A program made the position numbers and the translations under genes. A DNA stretch of 64,000 nt. Origin: Thermoanaerobaculia bacterium (GTDB lineage: Bacteria > Acidobacteriota > Thermoanaerobaculia > Gp7-AA8). Every line of letters starts with the position of its first letter. Position 1 is the stretch's first letter. Shown here in pieces: positions 37,801-46,906 of this stretch. The DNA lies in contig JAXDGW010000047.1 in the NCBI GenBank assembly GCA_034664845.1, forward strand, positions 16,369 through 80,368. Reading direction: 5' to 3'. The notes beneath the pieces were generated by a model. That model was not told where the DNA came from. It saw nothing but the letters and a program-made list of their open reading frames with translations, and did not search any database.

Positions 37801-39555
37801 ATGGTTCGACGACTCGTACCTCTAATCCTCCTCGCGACAATCTTGAGAGCACAGACAAGAGTGTCTGTGCCACACCAAGCCCGGCATGTGGCACTGACAA
37901 AGGTGTCCGGGTCACCTCGAAGCGGGAATCGGGCAACCAATCTGTCTGTGGCCAACGGCAGGCACGATGTGGCACAGACACTCTTGTCTGTGCTCCCCTC
38001 GGCCATCGCCTCACACATCCGATTCCTCGCCAGCGATACTCTCGAAGGACGCGAGACCGGCACGCGCGGATTCGAAGTTGCCGCCGAGTATGTCCGCGCG
38101 CAGTTCGAAGCGGTTGGACTCGAGCCGCTGCACGACGACGATTGGTTCCAGCACTTCGCCCTTCGCGCCGCAGCGCTCGACGAGAAATCATCGTCGCTGG
38201 CCATCAACGGCACGCCGCTCGCGATCCGAAAAGACTTCCTCATGCGCGGCGATTTTGCGCGCAACGATGTCAGCGTAAGCGGCTCGCTGGTCCTCGCTCG
38301 ATTCGGCGTCACCGCCCCTGAGCTGCATCACGACGACTACGCCGGGATCGACGCCCGAGGAAAGATCGTAGTGCTGCTGAGCGGCGCGCCGAAGCCGTTT
38401 CCGGCGGATCAGCGCGCCTACTACTCATCGGCGGATGTGAAGCGCCGCAACGCCGCGGCACATGGCGCGGTCGGCATGCTGACGATCTCGACGACGACCG
38501 ACGAGGCTCGCAACCCGTTCGACAAACGCGCGAAGCAGAGCGGAATCGTACCGATGACCTACCTCGACGCGAACGGCAAGACGGTGGACGTCATCGAAGC
38601 GATTGCAGGTGCGGCGTCGCTGAGCCGGCCGGCGGCGGAGTCGCTTTTCGCGAACGCGACTATTCCGCTCGATCGCGTACTGGCGGACGCCGAGACCGGC
38701 GTCGCGCATTCGTTTGCGCTGTCCGCCACGGCATCGATCAAGACGGTGACGCGATTCTCCGATGCGCGGAGCGAGAACGTCATCGGCGTTCTGCGCGGCA
38801 GCGACGCCAAACTCCGCGACGAGTACGTCGTCGTCTCGGCGCATCTCGATCACTTCGGCAATCATCCGACGGCCGATGGCAGCGACGGTCTCTATAACGG
38901 CGCCTATGACAACGCCTCCGGCATCGCATCGCTGATCGAGATCGCACGCGCGCTCGCGGCGGGCCCGCGGCCGAAGCGCTCCGTTCTTTTCGTGGCGCTG
39001 ACCGGCGAGGAGAAGGGCGAACAGGGTTCCGAGTACTTCGTCCACTTCCCGCCCGTCCCGGCGCGGCAACTCGTCGCCGACGTGAACATGGACATGTTTT
39101 TGATGATCTATCCTGTCGCCGATGTGGTCCCCCTCGGCGGCGAACATACCTCGCTCGGCGCGATGGTTGCCGCGGCGGCAAAAGCGAGCGGTTTCGAAGT
39201 CAGTCCCGATCCGTATCCCGAGGAAGTGCGCTTCATTCGCAGCGACCAGTACTCGTTCGTGAAGGCCGGGATCCCTGCGATTCATTTGAAGCCGGGCAAC
39301 AAGAGCACGGACGCATCGGTCGACGGCGCGAAGCTGACGCGCGAGTGGCTGCGAAACACGTATCACTCGCCGCGCGACGACATGTCGCAACCGTTCGACT
39401 TTGCCTCGGGCGCGCGATACGCGGAGACGAATCTGCGGCTTCTGCGGGCGATTGCCAATGACGTGCAGCGGCCGTCATGGACGAAGGGTGATTTCTTTGG
39501 CGAGACGTTTGGGCGCGGCGGGCGGAAGGCGACGATCACGCTGCGGAATCCATGA
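37801..39555 (+). CDS. M28 family metallopeptidase with PA domain
   Basis: SAHLDH, NGAYDNASG, GEEKG, RSDQ and YHSP motifs. Confidence 0.9.
   Translation: MVRRLVPLILLATILRAQTRVSVPHQARHVALTKVSGSPRSGNRATNLSVANGRHDVAQTLLSVLPSAIASHIRFLASDTLEGRETGTRGFEVAAEYVRAQFEAVGLEPLHDDDWFQHFALRAAALDEKSSSLAINGTPLAIRKDFLMRGDFARNDVSVSGSLVLARFGVTAPELHHDDYAGIDARGKIVVLLSGAPKPFPADQRAYYSSADVKRRNAAAHGAVGMLTISTTTDEARNPFDKRAKQSGIVPMTYLDANGKTVDVIEAIAGAASLSRPAAESLFANATIPLDRVLADAETGVAHSFALSATASIKTVTRFSDARSENVIGVLRGSDAKLRDEYVVVSAHLDHFGNHPTADGSDGLYNGAYDNASGIASLIEIARALAAGPRPKRSVLFVALTGEEKGEQGSEYFVHFPPVPARQLVADVNMDMFLMIYPVADVVPLGGEHTSLGAMVAAAAKASGFEVSPDPYPEEVRFIRSDQYSFVKAGIPAIHLKPGNKSTDASVDGAKLTREWLRNTYHSPRDDMSQPFDFASGARYAETNLRLLRAIANDVQRPSWTKGDFFGETFGRGGRKATITLRNP
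37847..37995. repeat. GTGG-type REP elements embedded in frame in the peptidase gene
   Basis: GCACAGACAAGAGTGTCTGTGCCAC (37849-37873) is the exact reverse complement of GTGGCACAGACACTCTTGTCTGTGC (37969-37993). Confidence 0.85.
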
Positions 39556-39560
39556 ACGAA

Positions 39561-39619
39561 CGCCGGCGGAAGACGCAGGCGGGACGCCTACGGGCCAGCC
39601 GGCGGGACGCCAGCGTTCC
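39561..39619. repeat. REP-like unit (GCCGGCGGGACGCCAGCGTTCC) with partial copies
   Basis: GGCGGGACGCC occurs twice between the peptidase and the next gene. Confidence 0.55.
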
Positions 39620-39626
39620 GCTTCGC

Positions 39627-40367
39627 ATGCAGGACATTCTCGGCAGTACGTTCGAGTTTCCTGCGCCGCCGCGCCGCGTCGTCTCGCTCGTTCCGTCGCT
39701 CACCGAGACTCTTTTCGACCTCGGCGCCGGCGATGATGTCATTGCCATCACTGACTTTTGCATCTTCCCGCCCGACCTCGATCGTCCTCGCATCGGCGGC
39801 ACGAAGAATCCGCGCATTGATGAGATCCGCGCGCTCGCGCCGGATCTTGTCTACGTCAATCTCGAGGAGAATCTGGAGCGGCACGCGAAGGCGATCGAAG
39901 AGTTCGCGCCGGTGTTCGTGACGGAGCCGAAGACGGTCGATGACGTCGCCACGCTGGTCACGACCCTCGGCATGATTCACGACCGCAATGATCGTGCGCG
40001 GGAGTTGAACGAAGCGCTCGCGCAGGAACGCGGGCACCTCGCCGAATTCACGTTCGCCGTGCCGATCTGGAAGAAGCCGTGGATGTGGTGCGGCGGCGAT
40101 ACGTACGTTTCGAATCTCGTCGAGTCGATCGGCGGCAGCAATCTGCTCCGCGATCATGTGCGATATCCGACACTCGATCTCGAAGACGTGCTGGCGCTGA
40201 AACCCGACATCGTCTTCCTGCCGGACGAGCCGTACCTATTCACGGCGGACGACGCCGCTGCCATCGCAGGCGCTCGAGTCATCGGACCGTTCCCAGGCCA
40301 TCTCTTCACATGGCACGGCACCCGGACGATCCTCGGTCTGCGATTTCTACGCGAGTGTTTCGCCTGA
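39627..40367 (+). CDS. Helical-backbone metal receptor (BtuF-like)
   Basis: RVVSLVPSLTETL, IGGTKNP, EEN and LPDEPY motifs. Confidence 0.85.
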   Translation: MQDILGSTFEFPAPPRRVVSLVPSLTETLFDLGAGDDVIAITDFCIFPPDLDRPRIGGTKNPRIDEIRALAPDLVYVNLEENLERHAKAIEEFAPVFVTEPKTVDDVATLVTTLGMIHDRNDRARELNEALAQERGHLAEFTFAVPIWKKPWMWCGGDTYVSNLVESIGGSNLLRDHVRYPTLDLEDVLALKPDIVFLPDEPYLFTADDAAAIAGARVIGPFPGHLFTWHGTRTILGLRFLRECFA

Positions 40368-41153
40368 CTTGCCGGTGAGGTGAAACCGCAGGAACGTCAG
40401 CACTTGGCGGATCACTTCGCGTGAGGTCTCGCTGTCATGGTTGATGTCAAACGCATGCGGAGCCTCGGCGTGATTCACGAGCGTGACCGGCAGATTGCAT
40501 TCGAGTGCCTTGCTCACGAAGCGATCGAGCGTCTCGTTCAGGTGCGGAAACTCGTCGCACCCGGCGCGGACGATCAGCAGCGGTAGGTCGGGCCGAAGAT
40601 CGCTGACTGACTTTCCGGCGGCCGGGTTTCGGTAGCCGAACTGCGTTGCGCCATCGGCAACGGCGGTGTGGCCGTCAAGATCCAGCATCAAGCCGTAGCA
40701 GAGCGCGGCGCACTTGATGAAATCGCGAGACTCGCTCATCAGCACCGACAACGCCGTCGGGACGCTTCCGGAGCAAGACCAGACTCCGATGCGGCTCTCG
40801 TCGATGCCGAGCATCTCCGCGTTCTGCCGGATGAACGCGAGCACGGCGTCGGCGTCGTCCGGCGGCTCGCGATTCGAGTACATGACGGCGATGAGACCGG
40901 ACGCGGCCATCAACTCCGCCCACGAAATGTACGACGCCATCTCCTTCTGCCTGCATCCGAGAAACTTCCGAAAACCGGGGTCGGGATAGCCGGTCACGAA
41001 GACGACGGCCGGTAGCCGGCCCTTTGATTCCGGCGGATGGTAGATATCCATCGTGAGATCGGCGCGATACGGAACGTCGCGCTGGACTCTCCCGGAATCC
41101 TGCCCGGGCATTCGATAGACGACCGCGCGCTTGGTGATCGGAACTTCGCTCAA
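40347..41153 (-). CDS. Alpha/beta hydrolase
   Basis: MDIYHP, RIGVWSCSGS nucleophile elbow and HAFD; TTG start overlaps the upstream stop. Confidence 0.8.
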   Translation of the reverse strand: MSEVPITKRAVVYRMPGQDSGRVQRDVPYRADLTMDIYHPPESKGRLPAVVFVTGYPDPGFRKFLGCRQKEMASYISWAELMAASGLIAVMYSNREPPDDADAVLAFIRQNAEMLGIDESRIGVWSCSGSVPTALSVLMSESRDFIKCAALCYGLMLDLDGHTAVADGATQFGYRNPAAGKSVSDLRPDLPLLIVRAGCDEFPHLNETLDRFVSKALECNLPVTLVNHAEAPHAFDINHDSETSREVIRQVLTFLRFHLTGKSGETLA

Positions 41154-41785
41154 CCCTCGATGATCTCCGTCGCCCAGATGCGCATCGTCTCCTCGACCGA
41201 ATCGAGCTGGCGGGTGAAGAAATGGTCGGCGCCGGTGATGATCATCGTTTCGGCGTTGCGGATCTGCTGGCCGAGTTTCTCCAGTTTGTCGACGTCGCCG
41301 AACTCGTCCTGCGTGCCGTGCAGGATGAGCATCGGCTTCTCGCAGGAGCGCAGGTAGCCGAAGTCGTATTTGTTGACCGGCGTGCCGATGAGAAATACAG
41401 CATCGACGGAGCTGATCTCGCACGCGACGCGCGAGGCCACCCAGGCGCCGAAGGAAAAACCGCCGACGATGATCTTTGTCCCCGGATGTTTCTTCGTGAG
41501 CCAGTCGATGGCAGCGACGACATCGGCCTGCTCGCCCTCCCCTTCTTCGTGATGCCCGGCACTCGCACCGGTCCCTCGGAAGTTGAAGCGGAGCGTGGCC
41601 ACATTCGCCGCTTCGAGGCCACGCGCGGCGCGGAAGACGACTTTGTTGTGCAACGTGCCGCCGCCAAGGGGGTGCGGGTGGCAGACGACGCCGACGGCGG
41701 CCGGGTCCTGAAGATCGCGGTAGAGCGCTTCGAGCTTGCCGGCGCTAGAAAAGAGATCGATGTGGCGGAGCGGTTTCGGGTTCAC
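41150..41785 (-). CDS. Alpha/beta hydrolase
   Basis: CHPHPLGGGTLHNKVV, GFSFG, HGTQDE and GADHFF motifs. Confidence 0.9.
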   Translation of the reverse strand: MNPKPLRHIDLFSSAGKLEALYRDLQDPAAVGVVCHPHPLGGGTLHNKVVFRAARGLEAANVATLRFNFRGTGASAGHHEEGEGEQADVVAAIDWLTKKHPGTKIIVGGFSFGAWVASRVACEISSVDAVFLIGTPVNKYDFGYLRSCEKPMLILHGTQDEFGDVDKLEKLGQQIRNAETMIITGADHFFTRQLDSVEETMRIWATEIIEG

Positions 41786-42120
41786 AGTACGTCCGATGTC
41801 TCGCGCACGGGCGAGAGTCTGACGAGGATGCGGTCGCCGTCGAGTCTCACGTCATGCGTCGCGATCGTGAAGTCTTTGTTCCCCGGACAGAGACCGGTGG
41901 TGACGTCGAATCCCCAGAGATGCCAGGGACAGACGATCTCGTCGCCAATCAAATCCCCCTCGGCAAGCGGGCCGCCGCGGTGAGGACAGGTGTTGTCGGT
42001 GGCAAAAAAACCGTTCGCCGTGTGGCAGACCGCGACGGCGCGGTCGTCGATCTTCACAGCCTTGATTCGCCCGACCGGCAGGTCAGTCGCGCAAAGAACT
42101 TCGGTAAATGCTTCGGTCAT
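41782..42120 (-). CDS. Rieske 2Fe-2S ferredoxin
   Basis: CPHRGG...CPWH motifs. Confidence 0.92.
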   Translation of the reverse strand: MTEAFTEVLCATDLPVGRIKAVKIDDRAVAVCHTANGFFATDNTCPHRGGPLAEGDLIGDEIVCPWHLWGFDVTTGLCPGNKDFTIATHDVRLDGDRILVRLSPVRETSDVL

Positions 42121-42163
42121 CGGACGCGCACTCTAGCAAACCGCCGAGGTTCACCTCGAAGCT

Positions 42164-42670
42164 TCAGCGGGACCTCCCCCTCAATCCGAGATACGTTTTC
42201 CAGTCGGGTTCGTTTGCGCCGAGGTGGAGCGTGATCGGGAAGGGGTGACCGGGAAGGAGATTGTTGAGCGCGGCCGTGAACGTTTTCGGATCGGCGGCAT
42301 ACCAGAGCCAGGTCCGATCGCCATTTCCCGTCGCCACGATCATCAGGTACGCAACCCGATCACCCTGAATCGGATCGGTCGCCGCTTCGAGCCGCGCAAA
42401 CTCCGTCATCACTTCCTGCGCCGGCAGCCCTTTCGCGTCCGGCGTGTACTTCCAATGCATCTCGATCAGATTCGGGTAATTCGCCGGCGTGGCGGTGGGC
42501 GGAATCTCGCTCCGCACCTTCATCTTGACGATCTTGTCAGCCTTGGTCGTGTCGTAGGTGAGCCAACTGAAATTGCCGGGCGTGGCGGCCGCCGCGACGC
42601 GGGCGAAGAGCAGCGACGATGCGATGATCGTCGCACTGAGGATGGATGCGGTCTGTTTCATTCGGACCAT
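42164..42670 (-). CDS. Exported protein, DUF695-like
   Basis: Signal peptide; GLP...TGNGDRTWLWY...EPDWKTY. Confidence 0.6.
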   Translation of the reverse strand: MVRMKQTASILSATIIASSLLFARVAAAATPGNFSWLTYDTTKADKIVKMKVRSEIPPTATPANYPNLIEMHWKYTPDAKGLPAQEVMTEFARLEAATDPIQGDRVAYLMIVATGNGDRTWLWYAADPKTFTAALNNLLPGHPFPITLHLGANEPDWKTYLGLRGRSR

Positions 42671-42675
42671 TCCTT

Positions 42676-43800
42676 TCACGAACGATAAACGGGGCGCGGG
42701 ATGCCGTTGCGTCCGACATCGGCGTGACCATCCCAGACACCGGGAATCGACGTGCCGCAATCGGGACAATTGCCATCGACCAACCGATAGGAGGTGACGC
42801 GGAAACCGATGCGGCCGATGACGACTTTATCGCACGCCGGGCAATGCGTGCTTTCGAGATCGCCCACCGCGCCGGGGATGTTGCCTGGATAGATGAAACG
42901 CAATCCGGCACGTTTGCCGATTTCGTATCCGCGCAGGAGTTGGCGCGCCGTTGTATTCGCGTTCCCGGTCATCTTGTAATCCTGATGAAAGGCGGTGATG
43001 TGCCAGGGGATGTCGCGATCGACGCCGGCGAGAAACTCGGCCATCTTCGTCAGCTCTTCGTCGGAATCGTTGAAGCCGGGGACAACGAGCGTGACGACCT
43101 CGAGCCAGATGCCGCGCTGCTTGAGGCCGCGAATCGTGTCGAGGACCGGCTGCAACGTGCCGCCGAGGTCGCGATAGTGCGCGTCGGAGAAACCTTTGAG
43201 ATCGACCTTGTAGAGATCGACCCACGGAGCGATGTAGTCGAGCACCTTCTCCGTGCCGTTGCCGTTGGAGACGTACGAGCAGACGAGCCCTTCGCGCTTT
43301 GCTTCCTTGAAGATCTCGACTGCCCACTCCGAGGTGATGAGCGGCTCGTTGTAGGTCGAGGTGATGACTTTCGCGCCGTGGCGTTTCGCGAGTGCCACGA
43401 GCTCGGCCGGCTCGATATCCGTCGGCGCGGCGCCAGCGACCGGATCGCGCAGCGCCTGCGACGTCACCCAGTTCTGGCAGTAGCCGCAGTGATAGTCGCA
43501 GCCGAGCATGCCGAACGAGAGCGCCAGCGCGCCGGGATAGGCGTGGAAGAACGGCTTCTTCTCGATGGGATCGACCTGCAGCGCCGCGGCATATCCGCGC
43601 GGCACGCGCAGCACTCCGTCCTCGTTGAAGCGGACTTTGCAGATGCCCTTGAGGCCGTCGAGAATCTTGCAGCGGTGGCCGCAGGAGTAGCAGCGCACCG
43701 CATTGTTCTCGAGCTTGTCGTAAAGCTCCGGAGCACCTTCCGCCGTTCTTTTGGCGAGGATTTCGCCGAGTGCGCTTTGTCGTTCGCTGACCGCAGGCAT
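42676..43800 (-). CDS. amrS: AmmeMemoRadiSam system radical SAM enzyme
   Basis: CYSCGHRC..GICKVR, DPIEKKPFFH, CDYHCGYCQNW, TYNEP and C-terminal CxxC motifs. Confidence 0.9.
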   Translation of the reverse strand: MPAVSERQSALGEILAKRTAEGAPELYDKLENNAVRCYSCGHRCKILDGLKGICKVRFNEDGVLRVPRGYAAALQVDPIEKKPFFHAYPGALALSFGMLGCDYHCGYCQNWVTSQALRDPVAGAAPTDIEPAELVALAKRHGAKVITSTYNEPLITSEWAVEIFKEAKREGLVCSYVSNGNGTEKVLDYIAPWVDLYKVDLKGFSDAHYRDLGGTLQPVLDTIRGLKQRGIWLEVVTLVVPGFNDSDEELTKMAEFLAGVDRDIPWHITAFHQDYKMTGNANTTARQLLRGYEIGKRAGLRFIYPGNIPGAVGDLESTHCPACDKVVIGRIGFRVTSYRLVDGNCPDCGTSIPGVWDGHADVGRNGIPRPVYRS

Positions 43801-43820
43801 GGCTCGGAAAACGCGGGAAA

Positions 43821-44807
43821 TCAGGCGCGTATTGCCGGAACACGCTGCGCCGCCGCGTAGCATCCCCACGCCAGTAAGGCTCCAGCAATGCCATCGATGA
43901 GGTAGTGCCAGCCGGTGACGATCGAGCCGATGAAGATGAAGACGGCAAAGATGCCGAAGACGATGCCGCCCCACCTCGTGAGGCGCCGCATCCAGAGAAA
44001 CGCAAGGGTTTGAAAAGCAACATGCAGGCTCGGAAACGCCGCGATTCCGAACAGGATGTTGAACGGCCGCGGCACGCCGCGAAGCTGCGACAGGACCGCG
44101 TTGTAGTTCGACATGAGAAGACGTTGGAACGTCTGCGTTCGATCGAGAAAAACGGTCAACTGCAGCCAAACCTCGGGAAAGCGATAGGCCGGTCCGAGCG
44201 ACGGCACCGCGACGTAAAGCCACGCACCGATGAGCCAGAGGAGCACGGTCGAGTTCATGAACGCGATGCGGAGCTGCTTCTGCGGCGCCGAGGCGAAGTA
44301 GATCGCGGCGATGTTCAGGCTGGCGAAGAAGACGTTCGCGTAGGTCCAGTCGATCGTGCGCAAAACCGGCGGCGCGGAAAAGATCGTCAGCAGAAACAGG
44401 TTGGGCGAGTAGCCGAAAAAGATGGCGCGATCGAGATTCCAGAGCTGCTGATCGAAGAGGCGCGGATGCAGCAGCGGGATCAGTAGCTTGATCCAGCCGT
44501 AGGTGTGCATCCAGAGGCCCGTAAACACCGCCAGCCGCAGCGTGTCGGCGATCCAACTCTTCGTGCGATACACCGCTAGCAGCTCGCGCGCGTTGCCCTT
44601 GCGCGCGGCGAGGCCGGCGCGGATGGCCACACCGACGAGCGCTTGAAGCAGAAACCCGCCGGCGACCGAGGGAGCGACGACGCCGAGCGTGCGGACCGGC
44701 ATCGTGGTCATGCCCCCCACGACAAACAGAAGCACGGCGAAGTTCGCGACCGTGAAGATCTCGAAAAAGTACGGCCGCCAGTTGAGCGTCGCTTTCACCG
44801 CAACCAT
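43821..44807 (-). CDS. PAP2 / Aur1-like membrane phosphotransferase
   Basis: PSLGP, AAFPSLHV and HYLIDG motifs. Confidence 0.85.
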   Translation of the reverse strand: MVAVKATLNWRPYFFEIFTVANFAVLLFVVGGMTTMPVRTLGVVAPSVAGGFLLQALVGVAIRAGLAARKGNARELLAVYRTKSWIADTLRLAVFTGLWMHTYGWIKLLIPLLHPRLFDQQLWNLDRAIFFGYSPNLFLLTIFSAPPVLRTIDWTYANVFFASLNIAAIYFASAPQKQLRIAFMNSTVLLWLIGAWLYVAVPSLGPAYRFPEVWLQLTVFLDRTQTFQRLLMSNYNAVLSQLRGVPRPFNILFGIAAFPSLHVAFQTLAFLWMRRLTRWGGIVFGIFAVFIFIGSIVTGWHYLIDGIAGALLAWGCYAAAQRVPAIRA

Positions 44808-44838
44808 CGTATGTTGGAACGCGCGCCGCGTCAGCCGG

Positions 44839-45927
44839 TCACGGAGTGGCGGGAGCGGGAGCGGCAGGCAGGAAATAGAGCGCAACGGCGATGATCGCGT
44901 AGACCGCCAGAAGCTGGATGCCTTCGTACCAGTTGGTCTCTCCATCCATGACGAGATAGGCGAAGATCGCCACGCCGAGGACGACGGCGAGCATCTCGAA
45001 GGGCGTGAAAATCAGATCGAGCGGATGGCCCAGCGGATACGAGAGAAAGACCAGGAGCGGCGTCACGAACAGCGCGATCTGCACGCTGGACTGCATCGAG
45101 ATGTTGAGCGCGGTGTCCATCTGGTTGCGCGCCGCCAGCATCACCGCGGTGGAGTGCTCGGCGGCGTTTCCGACGATGGCCAGAAGGACGAATCCGAGGA
45201 AGACTTCATTCATCCCCCATGCTTTCCCCGCCTCCCCCACCGCCTTCACCAACCCCTCGGCCACGACACTCATCAGCGCGCTGGCGAAAAGCAAAAGGCC
45301 GATGGCGCGCTTGACGCTCCAGACATCCTCGTCTGCCATCTCGGGTGGTGGCGTCACGGCACTCAACTGATCCTTGTGCGTTTTGAAGGCGAAGACGAGG
45401 CCGAGGATGTAGACGACGATGAGGATGACGGCGGTGCCGATGGAGACCTGATGCATCAGGCTCTGTTGATGCGCGGAATGCACCGATCGGAAGAAAAGCG
45501 CAGGCACGAGAAACGAGGCGACGGCGAGGATGAGCTGGCCCGCCTGCGACTCCGCAGCCAGCGCGTTGAACTTCAGCGTGCGATGCTTCCAGCCGCCGGC
45601 GAGCATGGAGAGTCCGGCCACGAAGAGAAGGTTGCCGACGATCGATCCCGTGAGCGACGCGCGCACCACGCCAGGCAGGCCGGCGCGGATGGCAAAAATG
45701 GCGATGACCATCTCCGCGAAGTTGCCGAACGTAGCGTTGAAGAGCGCACCGTACGTCGATCCCATGCGATGCGCGAGCTGCTCGGTGCTGATGCCGATCC
45801 ACGCCGCTAGCGGCAGCACGGCGCAGCAAGCGAAAACGAACTCCCAGACGAGGGGGCCATGCGCGAACTGCAGGGCGATGGCGACCGGAATCGTGGCGTA
45901 AAGGAGCCAACTGGCGACGCGCTTCAT
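44839..45927 (-). CDS. cax: Ca2+/H+ exchanger
   Basis: NATFGNFAE and IVGNAAEH alpha repeats. Confidence 0.93.
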   Translation of the reverse strand: MKRVASWLLYATIPVAIALQFAHGPLVWEFVFACCAVLPLAAWIGISTEQLAHRMGSTYGALFNATFGNFAEMVIAIFAIRAGLPGVVRASLTGSIVGNLLFVAGLSMLAGGWKHRTLKFNALAAESQAGQLILAVASFLVPALFFRSVHSAHQQSLMHQVSIGTAVILIVVYILGLVFAFKTHKDQLSAVTPPPEMADEDVWSVKRAIGLLLFASALMSVVAEGLVKAVGEAGKAWGMNEVFLGFVLLAIVGNAAEHSTAVMLAARNQMDTALNISMQSSVQIALFVTPLLVFLSYPLGHPLDLIFTPFEMLAVVLGVAIFAYLVMDGETNWYEGIQLLAVYAIIAVALYFLPAAPAPATP

Positions 45928-46013
45928 GTCACATCCACTTTATCCCGAGCTTGCAACGCGTTGGCGTCGATATCATTCGTTGCCTCACGATCGATTTGGG
46001 AGAACTCGAAGAC

Positions 46014-46793
46014 ATGATCCTCAGCGAAACCAACGACGCCATCGCCACCATCACGCTGAACCGTCCCGAAAAACTGAATGCGTTCAGCGGCACGATGCGC
46101 GAGGATCTGCTTGCCGCGCTCCAGACTGCAAATGCCGATCCGGCCTGCCGCGTCGTCGTGATCACCGGCGCGGGGCGGGCGTTCTGCGCCGGCGGCGACG
46201 TCGAATACATGGCCGGCCTGCAGAAGGCCGGTGACGTGGCCAGCTTCCAGAAACTCCTGGATGCCGGGCGAAACGTCGTGACGCAGATCTCGGAGATGGC
46301 GAAGCCGGTCATCGCGTCGGTGAACGGCATCGCCGCGGGAGCGGGCTGCAATCTGGCGCTTGCCTGCGACTACCGCATCGCCTCGGACGCGGCAAAGCTC
46401 GGCGAGACATTCGTCCGCATCGGCCTGCAGCCGGACTGGGGCGGGACATGGTTTCTGCCGCGGCTGGTCGGGCCGGGGCGCGCGTTGGAAATGATGATGA
46501 CGGGGCGGATGGTCGATGCGACCGAGGCGCTGGCAATTGGGATGGTCGATCGCGTCGTGCCCGCGGGGGCGCTCGCGGACGAGACCGCGAGTCTCGCGCG
46601 CGCGATCGCGCAGGGGCCGCCGCTGGCGATCGCCGGCATCAAGCGCGCCCTCGCCGCGTCGCGAACGAACGCGCTTCGCGCGCAGGTCGATCTGGAGAGC
46701 GAGCATCAGCTCGAGGCGTTTCGCTCGCGCGATGCAACCGAGGGAATGGCGGCGTTCTTCGAGAAACGGGCGGCGAAGTTCGAGGGGGCGTAG
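46014..46793 (+). CDS. Enoyl-CoA hydratase/isomerase family protein
   Basis: LNRPEKLNA, AFCAGGD and AGAGCNLALACD motifs. Confidence 0.92.
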   Translation: MILSETNDAIATITLNRPEKLNAFSGTMREDLLAALQTANADPACRVVVITGAGRAFCAGGDVEYMAGLQKAGDVASFQKLLDAGRNVVTQISEMAKPVIASVNGIAAGAGCNLALACDYRIASDAAKLGETFVRIGLQPDWGGTWFLPRLVGPGRALEMMMTGRMVDATEALAIGMVDRVVPAGALADETASLARAIAQGPPLAIAGIKRALAASRTNALRAQVDLESEHQLEAFRSRDATEGMAAFFEKRAAKFEGA

Positions 46794-46906
46794 CGGCGAT
46801 TGTGCGCGGTGAGTAGAGAGTCACCTGGGCGGGGCGCTACACCGGGTGACGGACAGCGGTGCGCAGCAGGGGAGTGAATGAGCCGGTCTAGAATGCGGCC
46901 AACCTG

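Noticed and set aside
39555-39627. Cobalamin riboswitch before the BtuF-like gene
   Set aside because: The gap is only about 70 nt and is occupied by a REP-like repeat.
42676-44556. 626-aa radical SAM fusion ORF
   Set aside because: The upstream part is an alternate frame of the PAP2 gene; radical SAM similarity starts at ATG 43800.
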